Part shown: in pieces, positions 1-51,613 of the stretch
Layout of the letters: every line of letters starts with the position of its first letter
How positions within the stretch are numbered: position 1 is the stretch's first letter
Source of the DNA: the human T2T-CHM13v2.0 reference genome, Homo sapiens
Direction: 5' to 3'
Assembly (NCBI GenBank): GCA_009914755.4
Contig: CP086569.2
Location: 54,848,001-54,912,000 of the forward strand
Length of the DNA: 64,000 bases
The notes under the pieces: generated by a model
Database searches by the model: none
Seen by the model: the letters and a program-made list of their open reading frames with translations, nothing else
What the model was told of the DNA's origin: nothing
Program-made: the position numbers and the translations under genes

Positions 1-2419
<2,419 letters not shown>

Positions 2420-2787
2420 TGAATATACCTTCAAAGCAGCAACACAGGTTCCCCATGAGAAAAAGCAAACTCAGGGAAAATAAAACCACAAAGGTTCCAT
2501 CTCTTCTGACCTTTGAAAGACACAGCACAGACAGTGGTCCTTAGGACGAAGAGCAGGAGACCCCTAATTCCGTCACCATGGCGATAGGGCATAAACATTG
2601 CTGGGTGAGGGCACAATCCACATTGTGAGGTCCAACTGCTGCCAGGAAGACAGGAGTGCTTTTACATAGACCGAAAGGTCATTGAAGGCTCAGAGTTTTG
2701 TTTCAAGAACTGAATCCCAAGCCCACACGTTATTAGGCTGCGCTTCTTAAAACAAGTTATGAGATGGGAAAAAGGGCACCCACAAAC

Positions 2788-4639
<1,852 letters not shown>

Positions 4640-4838
4640 ATCCATATTTTTTAAAAGAAAAAAAATTTCAAAGGTACTCTGCTTGGTACAATAATCAAAT
4701 GTATAAACTGAGGAATAAAACATAACCATGAAACCTACTTATAACTCTATACGGAAAATACAGAGGATAATTTTTTAAATAACATATTTTGAAAGCCTTA
4801 ACTAGTAATTTGAAGAGTTGGCATTTGAAAGGCCAGTA

Positions 4839-7252
<2,414 letters not shown>

Positions 7253-9671
7253 TGAATATACCTTCAAAGCAGCAACACAGGTTCCCCATGAGAAAAAGCA
7301 AACTCAGGGAAAATAAAACCACAAAGGTTCCATCTCTTCTGACCTTTGAAAGACACAGCACAGACAGTGGTCCTTAGGATGAAGAGCAGGAGACCCCTAA
7401 TTCCGTCACCATGGCGATAGGGCATAAACATTGCTGGGTGAGGGCACAATCCACATTGTGAGGTCCAACTGCTGCCAGGAAGACAGGAGTGCTTTTACAT
7501 AGACCGAAAGGTCATTGAAGGCACAGAGTTTTGTTTCAAGAACTGAATCCCAAGCCCACACGTTATTAAGCTGCGCTTCTTAAAACAAGTTATGAGATGG
7601 GAAAAAGGGCACCCACAAACATACGTATACATTATGTATATAATAATATACAGTATCATATATATAATATATATAACCTATGTATAATATTGTTTTACAT
7701 CCTGCATCTTATAATATATATATTGTATAAAATATAATAATTGATAATATATAAGTTTTATATTTATACAATATGACATATAGTATATATTATAATTTAT
7801 GACATATATAATATATGTTATATATCATATATAGAATATATTATACGGTTAATATACGTATTAAATATAAATTATACTTTATATATATTATATATTATAT
7901 ATCTGTTATATATAATACCCATTATGCATAATATATATGTTATGTCTATGTTATATATAGTATAAAACAACATATAATAATATATAATTGTATATATAAA
8001 ATGCGACATATAATATATATTATATTTTGTGACATATGTAATATATATTATATATTATATATAATACGTTGTATGTATAATACCTATATTAAATATATAT
8101 TATATGACTATGTTATTAATTACATGTCACATATGTTATATATTATATATTTTACATAGAATATACCGGTTACATACAATATATACTATGTTACCTATAA
8201 TGTATAATTTATTACATGTAAAATAAAGAATGCAATATATTATGTATAATTTATAATATACAATATGTGGAATGTGATATATATAACATATAATGTATGA
8301 TATAAGATATACAGTATATGATATATAACATACAATATATGATACCTAATATATATGGTATACAATATATATTTTATGATATGTATTCTATATGTTTTAT
8401 ATTCTGTTATATATAACTATTTGAAATTATATATAACTGTATAATATTTTATGTAAATATGTAATATAATATATATAACCATATAATATATTATATATAA
8501 CTATATATTATGTTATATATACTTTTATAACATAATTTACATAAAATATCATAATATAATATATATTATATTATTTCATATTACATAATATATATTACAT
8601 ATCACCCAATATAATTAACATACATAATATTATAATATAGATTATATTATGTTATATTAAATATCATATATATCATGTATCATATATTCTATAATATATA
8701 TAATACATTATATAATATGTATGTTGTCTATTATGTGATATATATAACTATATATATAATTATATTATTATACATATAACTAGATAAACATGTAATTCTA
8801 CATATTTTCATTTACAATATATAGAATTATATAATCATATATAATTATTTATATTCTATAAAAAATTATATCATTATATAAATTATAATATATAAAAATT
8901 ATAACATGTACTACAAATATATATATTATATATCATATATGATATAGCACCTTTGTTATATATCATAATACATATAAATGTGTATTATGTTATCTATAAT
9001 TATAAAATTTCATATATAAGATGTATAATGTGTATTATATATTATATATGTTATGTAATATATGTAGTATATATAAGATGACACAGGATAAATATTATAT
9101 ACTATGACATATAAAATATATGAGGTTATATGTTACATATAAGGCATAGCACATAACACGTAATATATATCATATATAATTTTTTTTAGACAGAGTCTTG
9201 TCCTGTTGCACATGGTGGAGTACAATGACGCCATCTTTGCTCACTGCAACATCTGCATCACGGGTCCAAGCGATTGTCCTCCCTCAGCCTCCCAGGTAGC
9301 TGGGACTACACCACACTGGGTCTACACCAGCTGCCACCATACCAAGCTAATTTTTTGGGATTTTATTAATGACAGCGTTTCACTGTATTGGCCAGGATGG
9401 TCTTGATCTCTTCACCTTGTGATCCCCTTGCCTTGGCCTCCAAATTTGCTGGGATTACAGGCCTGAGCCAAGATCCATATTTTTTAAAAGAAAAAAAATT
9501 TCAAAGGTACTCTGCTTGGTACAATAATCAAATGTATAAACTGAGGAATAAAACATAACCATGAAACCTACTTATAACTGTATACGGAAAATACAGAGGA
9601 TAATTTTTTAAATAACATATTTTGAAAGCCTTAACTAGTAATTTGAAGAGTTGGCATTTGAAAGGCCAGTA
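7253..9671. repeat. DYZ2 unit 4 (2419 bp; subfamily A)
   Basis: Anchor-to-anchor period. Confidence 0.85.
9181..9472 (-). mobile_element. Alu copy in DYZ2 unit 4
   Basis: Same element at a conserved offset. Confidence 0.9.
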
Positions 9672-12087
<2,416 letters not shown>

Positions 12088-14507
12088 TGAATATACCTTC
12101 AAAGCAGCAACACAGGTTCCCCATGAGAAAAAGCAAACTCAGGGAAAATAAAACCACAAAGGTTCAATCTCTTCTGACCTTTGAAAGACACAGCACAGAC
12201 AGTGGTCCTTAGGACGAAGAGCAGGCGACCCCTAATTCCGTCACCATCGCGATAGGGCATAAACCTTGCTGGGTGAGGGCACAATCCACATTGTGAGGTC
12301 CAACTGCTGCCAGGAAGACAGGAGTGCTTTTACATAGACCGAAAGGTCATTGAAGGCTCAGAGTTTTGTTTCAAGAACTGAATCCCAAGCCCACACGTTA
12401 TTAGGCTGCGCTTCTTAAAACAAGTTATGAGATGGGAAAAAGGGCACCCACAAACATACGTATACATTATGTATATAATAATATACAGTATCATATATAT
12501 AATATATATAACCTATGTATAATATTGTTTTACATCCTGCATCTTATATTATATATATTGTATAAAATATAATAATTGATAATATATAAGTTTTATATTT
12601 ATACATTAAGACATATAGTATATATTATAATTTATGACATATATAATATATGTTATATATCATATACAGAATATATTATACGGTTAATATATGTATTAAA
12701 TATAATTTATACATTATATATATTATATATAATATATCTGTTATATATAATACCCATTATTCATAATATATATATTATGTCTATGTTATATATAGTATAA
12801 AACAACATATAATAATATATAATTGTATATATAAAATGCGACATATAATATATATTATATTTTATGACATATGTAATATATATTATATATTATATATAAT
12901 ACGTTGTATGTATAATATCTATATTAAATATATATTATATGACTATGTTATTAATTACATGTCACATATGTTATATATTACATATTTTACATAGAATATA
13001 CCGGTTACATACAATATATACTATGTTACCTACAATGTATAATTGATTACATGTAAAATAATGAATGCAATATATTATGTATAATTTATAATATACAATA
13101 AGTGGAATGTGATATATATAACATATATTATATGATATATGATATACAGTATATGATATATAACATACAATATATGATACCTAATATATATGGTATACAA
13201 TATATATTTTATGATATGTATTCTATATGTTTTATATTCTGTTATATATAACTATTTGAAATTATATATAACTGTATAATATTTTATGTAAATATGTAAT
13301 ATAATATATATAACTATATAATATATTATATATAACTATATATTATGTTATATATACTTTCATAACATAATTTACATAAAATGTCATAATATAATATATA
13401 TTATATTATTTCATATTACATAATATATATTACATATCACCCAACATAAGTAACATACATAATATTATATTATAGATTATATTATATTATATTAAATATC
13501 ATATATATCATGTATCATATATTCTAAAATATATATTACACATTATATAATATGTATGTTGTCTATTATGTGATATATATAACTATATATATAATTATGT
13601 TATTATACATATAACTAGATAAACATGTAATTCTACATATTTTCATTTATAATATATAGAATTATATAATCATATATAATTATTTATATTCTATAAAAAA
13701 TTATATCATTATATAAATTATAATATATAAAAATTATAATATGTACTACAAATATATATATTATATATCATATATGATATAGTACCTTTGTTATATATCA
13801 TAATACATATAAATGTGTATTATGTTATCTATAATTATATAATTTCATATATAAGATGTATAATATGTATTATATATTATACATGTTATGTAATATATAT
13901 AGTATATATAAGATGACACAGGATAAATATTATATACTATGACATATAAAATATATGAGGTTATATGTTACATATAAGGCATAGCACATAACATGTAATA
14001 TATATCATATATAATTTTTTTTTAGACAGAGTCTTGTCCTGTTGCACAGGGTGGGGTACAATGGCGCCAACTTTGCTCACTGCAACATCTGCCTCACGGG
14101 TCCAAGCGATTGTCCTCCCTCAGCCTCCCAGGTAGCTGGGACTACACCACACTGGGACTACACCAGCTGCCACCATGCCTAGCTAATTTTTTGGATTTTT
14201 AGTAGTGACAGCGTTTCACTGTATTGGCCAGGATGGTCTTGATCTCTTCACCTTGTGATCCCCTTGCCTTGGCCTCCAAATTTGCTGGGATTACAGGCCT
14301 GAGCCAAGATCCATATTTTTTAAATGAAAAAAAATTTCAAAGGTACTCTGCTTGGTACAATAATCAAATGTATAAACTGAGGAATAAAACATAACCATGA
14401 AACCTACTTATAACTGCATATGGAAAATACAGAGGATAATTTTTTAAATAACATATTTTGAAAGCCTTAACTAGTAATTTGAAGAGTTGGCATTTGAAAG
14501 GCCAGTA
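12088..14507. repeat. DYZ2 unit 6 (2420 bp)
   Basis: Anchor-to-anchor period. Confidence 0.85.
14015..14308 (-). mobile_element. Alu copy in DYZ2 unit 6
   Basis: Same element at a conserved offset. Confidence 0.9.
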
Positions 14508-16926
14508 TGAATATACCTTCAAAGCAGCAACACAGGTTCCCCATGAGAAAAAGCAAAGTCAGGGAAAATAAAACCACAAAGGTTCAATCTCTTCTGACCT
14601 TTGAAAGACACAGCACAGACAGTGGTCCTTAGGACGAAGAGCAGGAGACCCCTAATTCCGTCACCATGGCGATAGGGCATAAACATTGCTGGGTGAGGGC
14701 ACAATCCACATTGTGAGGTCCAACTGCTGCCAGGAAGACAGGAGTGCTTTTACATAGACCGAAAGGTCATTGAAGGCTCAGAGTTTTGTTTCAAGAACTG
14801 AATCCCAAGCCCACACGTTATTAGGCTGCTCTTCTTAAAACAAGTTATGAGATGGGAAAAAGGGCACCCACAAACATACGTATACATTATGTATATAATG
14901 ATATACAGTATCATATATATAATATATATAACCTGTGTATAATATTGTTTTACATCCTGCATCTTATATTATATATATTGTATAAAATATAATAGTTGAT
15001 AATATATAAGTTTTATATTTATACAATATGACATATAGTATATATTATAATTTATGACATATATAATATATGTTATATATCATATATAGAATATATTATA
15101 CGGTTAATATACGTATTAAATATAAACTATACATTATATATATTTTATATAATATATCTGTTATATATAATACCCATTATGCATAATATATATATTATGT
15201 CCATATTAAATATAGTATAAAACAACACATAATAATATATAATTGCATATATAAAATGCGACATAAAATATATATTATATTTTATGACATATGTAATATA
15301 TATTATATATTATATATAATACGTTGTATGTATAATACCTATATTAAATATATATTATATGACTATGTTACTAATTACATGTCACATGTGTTATATATTA
15401 TATATTTTACATACAATATACCGGTTACATACAATATATACTATGTTACCTACAATGTATAATTGATTACATGTAAAATAAAGAATGCAATATATTATGT
15501 ATAATTTATAATATACAATATGTGGAATGTGATATATATAATATATGTTATATGATATATGATATACAGTATATGATATATAACATACAATATATGATAC
15601 CTAATATATATGGTATACAATATATATTTTATGATATGTATTCTCTATGTTTTATATTCTGTTATATATAACTATTTGAAATTATATATAACTGTATAAT
15701 ATTTTATGTAAATATGTAATATAATATATATAACTATATAATATATTATATATAACTATATATTATGTTATATATACTTTTATAACACAATTTACATAAA
15801 ATATCATAATATAATATATATTATATTATTTCATATTACATAATATATATTACATATCACCCAACATAAGTAACATACATAATATTATAATATAGATTAT
15901 ATTATGATATACTAAATATCATATATATCATGTATCACATATTCTATAATATATATTACACATTATATAATATGTATTTTGTCTATTATGTGATATATAT
16001 AACTATATATATAATTATATTATTATATATATAACTAGATAAACATGTAATTCTACATATTTTCATTTATAATATATAGAATTATATAATCATATATAAT
16101 TATTTATATTCTATAAAAAATTATATCATTATATAAATTATAATATATAAAAATTATAATATGTACTACAAATATATATATTATATATCATATATGATAT
16201 AGTACCTTTGTTATATATCATAATACATATAAATGTGTATTATGTTATCTATAATTATATAATTTCATATATAAGATGTATAATATGTATCATATATTAT
16301 ATAAGTTATATAATATATATAGTATATATAAGATGACACAGGATAAATATTATATACTATGACATATAAAATATATGAGGTTATATGTTACATATAAGGC
16401 ATAGCACATAACATGTAATATATATCATATATAATTTTTTTTTAGACAGAGTCTTGTCCTGTTGCACAGGGTGGGGTACAATGGCGCCATCTTTGCTCAC
16501 TGCAACATCTGCCTCATGGGTCCAAGCGATTGTCCTCCCTCAGCCTCCCAGGTAGCTGGGACTACACCACACTGGGACTACACCAGCTGCCACCATGCCT
16601 AGCTAATATTTGGATTTTTAGTAGTGACAGCGTTTCACTGTATTGGCCAGGATGGTCTTGATCTCTTCACCTTGTGATCCCCTTGCCTTGGCCTCCAAAT
16701 TTGCTGGGATTACAGGCCTGAGCCAAGATCCATATTTTTTAAATGAAAAAAAATTTCAAAGGTACTCTGCTTGGTACAATAATCAAATGTATAAACTGAG
16801 GAATAAAACATAACCAGGAAACCTACTTATAACTGCATATGGAAAATACAGAGGATAATTTTTTAAATAACATATTTTGAAAGCCTTAACTAGTAATTTG
16901 AAGAGTTGGCATTTGAAAGGCCAGTA
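14508..16926. repeat. DYZ2 unit 7 (2419 bp)
   Basis: Anchor-to-anchor period. Confidence 0.85.
16435..16727 (-). mobile_element. Alu copy in DYZ2 unit 7
   Basis: Same element at a conserved offset. Confidence 0.9.
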
Positions 16927-26598
<9,672 letters not shown>

Positions 26599-29018
26599 TG
26601 AATATACCTTCAAAGCAGCAACACAGGTTCCCCATGAGAAAAAGCAAACTCAGGGAAAATAAAACCACAAAGGTTCAATGTCTTTTGACCTTTGAAAGAC
26701 ACAGCACAGACAGTGGTCCTTAGGACGAAGAGCAGGAGACCCCTAATTCCGTCACCATGGCGATAGGGCATAAACATTGCTGGGTGAGGGCACTATCCAC
26801 ATTGTGAGGTCCAACTGCTGCCAGGAGGACAGGAGTGGTTTTACATAGACCGAAAGGTCATTGAAGGCTCAGAGTTTTGTTTCAAGAACTGAATCCCAAG
26901 CCCACACGTTATTAGGCTGCGCTTCTTAAGACAAGTTATGAGATGGGAAAAAGGGCACCCACAAACATACGTATACATTATGTATATAATAATATACAGT
27001 ATCATATATATAATATATATAACCTATGTATAATATTGTTTTACATCCTGCATCTTATACTATATATATTGTATAAAATATAATAATTGATAATATATAA
27101 GTTTTATATTTATACAATATGTCATATATTATATATTATAATTTATGACATATATATTATATGTTATATATCATATATAGAATATATTATACGGTTAATA
27201 TACGTATTAAATATAAATTATATATTATATACATTATATATAATATATCTGTTATATATAATACCCATTATGCATAATATATATATTATGTCTATGTTAT
27301 ATATAGTATAAAACAACATATAATAATATATAATTGTATATATAAAAGGTGACATATAATATATATTATATTTTATGACATATGTAATATATATTATATA
27401 TTATATATAATACATTGTATGTATAATACCTATATTAAATATATATGCTATGACTATGTTATTAATTACATGTCACATGTGTTATATATTATATATTTTA
27501 CATAGAATATACCGGTTACATACAATATATACTATGTTACCTACAATGTATAATTTATTACATGTAAAATAAAGAATGCAATATATTATGTATAATTTAT
27601 AATATACAATATGTGGAATGTGATATATATAACATATAATATATGATATATTATATACAGTATATGATATATAACATACAATATATGATACCTAATATAT
27701 ATGGTATAAAATATATATTTTAAGATATGTATTCTATATGTTTTATATTCTGTTATATATAACTATTTGAAATTATATATAACTGTATAATATTTTATGT
27801 AAATATGTAATATAATATATATAACTATATAATATATTATATATAACTATATATTATGTTGTATATACTTTTATAACATAATTTACATAAAATATCATAA
27901 TATAATATATATTATATTATTTCATATTACATAATATATATTACATATCACCCAATATAAGTAACATACATAATATTATAATATAGATTATATTATGTTA
28001 TATTAAATATCATATATATCATGTATCATATATTCTATAATATATATTATACATTATATAATATGTATGTTGTCTATTATGTGATATATATAACTATATA
28101 TATAATTATATTATTATACATATAACTAGATAAACATGTAATTCTACATATTTTCATTTATAATATATAGAATTATATAATCATATATAATTATTTATAT
28201 TCTAAAAAAATTATATCATTATATAAATTATAATATATAAAATTTATAATATGTACTACAAATATATATATTATATATCATATATGATATAGTACCTTTG
28301 TTATATATCATATTACATATAAATGTGTATTATGATATCTATAATTATATAATTTCATATATAAGATGTATAATATGTATTATATATTGTATATGTTATG
28401 TAATATATATAGTATATATAAGATGACACAGGATAAATATTATATACTATGACATATAAAATATATAAGGTTATATGTTACATATAAGGCATAGCACATA
28501 ACATGTAATTGATATCATATATAATTTTTTTTTTAGACAGAGTTTTGTCCTGTTGCACTGGGTGGAGTACAATGGCGCCATCTTTGCTCACTGCAACATC
28601 TGCCTCACGGGTCCAAGCGATTGTCCTCCCTCAGCTTCCCAGGTAGCTGGGACTACACCACACTGGGACTATACCAGCTGCCACCATGCCTAGCTAATTT
28701 TTTGGAATTTTAGTAGTGACAGCGTTTCACTGTATTGGCCAGGATGGTCTTGATCTCTTCACCTTGTGATCCCCTTGCGTTGGCCTCCAAATTTGCTGGG
28801 ATTACAGGCCTGAGCCAAGATCCATATTTTTTAAATGAAAAAAAATTTCAAAGGTACTCTGCTTGGTACAATAATCAAATAAATAAACTGAGGAATAAAT
28901 CATAACCATGAAACATACTTATAACTGCATTTGGAAAATACAGAGGATAATTTTTTAAATAACATATTTTGAAAGCCTTAACTAGTAATTTGAAGAGTTG
29001 GCATTTGAAAGGCCAGTA
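26599..29018. repeat. DYZ2 unit 12 (2420 bp)
   Basis: Anchor-to-anchor period. Confidence 0.85.
28525..28819 (-). mobile_element. Alu copy in DYZ2 unit 12 (subfamily C variants 'cagcttcccagg', 'ggaattttagtagtg')
   Basis: Same element at a conserved offset. Confidence 0.9.
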
Positions 29019-48273
<19,255 letters not shown>

Positions 48274-49538
48274 TGAATATACCTTCAAAGCAGCAACACA
48301 GGTTCCCCATGAGAAAAATCAAACTTAGGGAAAATAAAACCACAAAGGTTCAATCTTTTCTGACCTTTGAAAGACACAGCACAGACAGTGGTCCTTAGGA
48401 CGAAGAGCAGGAGACCCCTAATTCCGTCACCATGGCAATAGGGCATAAACATTGCTGGTTGAGGGCACAATCCACATTGTGAGGTCCAACTGCTGCCAGG
48501 AAGACAGGAGTGCTTTTACATAGACCCAAAGGTCATTGAAGGCTCAGTGTTTTGTTTCAAAAACTGAATCCCAAGCCCACACGTTATTATGCTGTGCTTC
48601 TTAAAAAAAGTTATGAGATGGGAAATAGGGCACCCACAATTATATCTATACATTATGTATATAATAATATATAGAATCATATATATAATATATGTAACAT
48701 ATATATATAATACTGTTTTACATCCTGCAGTTATATTATATATATTATATGTATTATAATAACTGGTAATGTATAAGTATTATATTTATACACTATGACA
48801 TATAATAATTATATTTTATGCCGTATATAAGATATAATATATATCATATACCAAATATATTATATGGTTAATATACGAATTAAATATATAATATACATTA
48901 TAAATATTATATCTACGTTATATATAACATTCACTATAGTTAATATATATATTATATCTAGCTTATATATAATATAAAATAACATATAATAATATATAAC
49001 TGTATATATAAAATATGACATATAATATATATTATATTTTATGACATATATATGATATGTATTATATATTATATATAATATGTTGTAAGTATAATACATG
49101 TATTAAATATATATTATATGTCTATGTTATTAATTATATGTAATATATGTTATATATTACATATTATATATAGTATACACATGTTACATAGAATATATTC
49201 TATGTTACATATAACGTAGAATTTATTATGTGTAATATAATGTATGGCATATATTATAAATTCCTTATAATATACAATATGTGGAATGTGATATATATAA
49301 CTTGTAATATATGATATACAATATATGTTATATAACATACAATATATGATACATAATATATATGGTATAGAATATATATTTTATGTTATATATTATATAT
49401 GTTTTATATTTTATTATATATAAATATTTAAAATTATATATAACTGTATAATGTTATACGTAAATATATAATATACTACATATAACCATATATTATGTTA
49501 TATAAAATTTTATTACATACTTTCCATAATATATCATA
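48274..49538. repeat. DYZ2 unit 21, truncated (1265 bp; ends inside the AT-rich segment at the DYZ1 junction)
   Basis: Anchor at 48,274. The unit is diverged and terminates at '...ccataatatatcata', where (GGAAT)n-type sequence starts. Confidence 0.8.
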
Positions 49539-51613
49539 TGGACTCCTTTGGAATGGTCTAGTATACAATGCAATCGACTGGCAGGGAATTAAAAGGAATG
49601 CAATCGAATGGATTGCACAGGAATGCAATGGACTCGAATAGATTGGAAACAGAATGCAAAGGAATGGAATGGAATAGTATGGAATGGAATGGAAAGGAAT
49701 GGAGTGGAATAGACTAGAGTAGAATGGAATTTACTCGAAAGCAATGGACTGGAATAGAACTTTCTTGAATGGGCTGGAATCAAACGGAATGGAATGCTGT
49801 GCAATCAAATAGAATGAAAGAGAATCAAATCCAATCGAATGGATTGGAAAGGAATTGACTGAAATGGAATGGACTAGAATGGAAGGCAAAGGAATGGAAT
49901 CTATAGGAATGGACTGTAATGGAATGGAATGGAATGGGTTGGAATGGAATCGAATGGAATGGACTGCAATAGAAAGGATTCGAATGGAATGAAAAAGAAT
50001 TGAATGGAATAGAACAGAATGGAATCAAATCGAGTGAAATGGAATGGAATAGAAAGGAATGGACTCGAATGGAATGGAATGTCATGGAATGGCATCAAAT
50101 GGAATGGAATCGAATGCAATGGAATGCTATGGAATGGAATGGAATGCATTGGAATGGAATGTCCTCTAATGGAATGGATTCGAGTGGAATGGAATCGAAT
50201 ATAATGGAGTCGAATGAAATGGAATTGAAAGGAATGGGACCGAATACAATGGAATATACTGGAATGTAATGTAATGAACTCGAATGTAATTGACTGGAAT
50301 GGAATGTACATGAATGGAATGTAATCGAATGGAAAGTAATCCAATGGAATAGAATCTAATGCAATAAAATCGACTCAGATAGAGTAGAATGTAATGGAAT
50401 GGAGTGCAGTGCAATGGAATGGAATGGAATGGAATGCAGTGGAATGGAATGGAATGGAATGCAATGGAATGGAATGTATTAGAATGTAATGAACATTAAT
50501 GGAATGTACTCGAATGGATTCGACTGGAATGGAATGTTCTGTAAGTTTATGTACTCCAATGGAATGGATTCGAAAGGAATGGAATCGAACGGAATGGAAT
50601 CTAATGGAATGGAATTAAATGGAAATGAATCAAATTGAATAGCACGGAATTGAATTGAATGTAATAGAATGCAATGTAATCTAATGAAACAGAAAGGAAA
50701 GGAATGGAATGGAATGGAATGGGCTGGAATGGAATGGAATCGAAACGAATGGAATGGAATCGAACTAAAGAGACTGGAATGGAATGCACTGGAATGGAAG
50801 GGAGTGTAATGGAAGGTTCTCGAAAAAAATGGAATCGAATGGAATGAAATTGAATGGAACGGAATAGAGTCGAATGGAATTGAATGGAATGGAATGGACT
50901 AGAGTGAAATGGAATCGAACCACAAGGAATGGACAGGAATAGAATGGTCTCGAATTGAATGGAATCGTATGGAATGGCATCAAACGGAATGGAATGGACA
51001 GCCACGGAATGGAATGCACTCGAATGCAATGGAGTCGAACTAATGGACTGGAATAGAATGGACTCGACTGGTACGGACTCCAATGGAATGGAATCGAATG
51101 GAAGGGAATCGAACGGAATGGACTCGAAGGGAAAAGACTGCAATGGAAAGGTCTCGAATGGAATGGAAATTAATGGAATGGAATGGAATCGAATGAAGTG
51201 GAGTCAAAAGGAATGGAATCGAATGGCAAGAAATCGAATGTAATGGAATCGCAAGGAATTGATGTGAACGGAACGGAATGGAATGGAATCCAAAGGAATG
51301 GAATAGAATGGAATGGAATCAAATGGAAAGGACTCGAATGGAAATCACTCGAATAGAATGCAATTTAATAAAATAGGATCAAATGTAATGGAATGGAATG
51401 GAAAGGAATCGAAACGAAAGGAATGGAGACAGATGGAATGGAATGGAACAGAGAGCAATGGTATAGAATGGAATGGAATCATCTGGAATGGAAATGAATG
51501 GAATGGAATAACATGAAATGGAATGGAATGGAATGGAATACCCTTGAATTAAATGGACTGGAATGGAATGGACTCGAACAGAGTGTAATGGAAAGTGTTG
51601 AAATAGAATGGAA
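49539..51613 (+). repeat. Junction-proximal DYZ1 unit, 2,075 bp: the canonical unit minus two ~0.7-kb internal deletions and several 15-25-bp deletions
   Basis: Aligns to the start of the canonical unit, then skips canonical ~52,204-52,927 (breakpoint ~50,063), then skips canonical ~53,33x-53,99x (breakpoint ~50,44x-50,46x inside a pure pentamer run). Confidence 0.7.

Noticed and set aside
9206-9406. A + strand 66-aa ORF ([35 protein letters not shown]...) seen in some units.
   Set aside because: It lies entirely within the antisense Alu, a well-known source of spurious ORFs.
12576-12800. Tyr/Ile-rich ORFs of 66-79 aa in the AT-rich segments (e.g. MIIYKFYIYTLRHIVYIIIYD...).
   Set aside because: These are translations of TA-rich low-complexity DNA (TAT/ATA/ATT codons). 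They are not genes.
49400-49700. A transposable element, target-site duplication or unique spacer mediating the DYZ2/DYZ1 transition.
   Set aside because: The sequence passes directly from DYZ2 AT-rich sequence into the DYZ1 marker segment with at most 1-2 bp of microhomology. No TE hallmarks are present.
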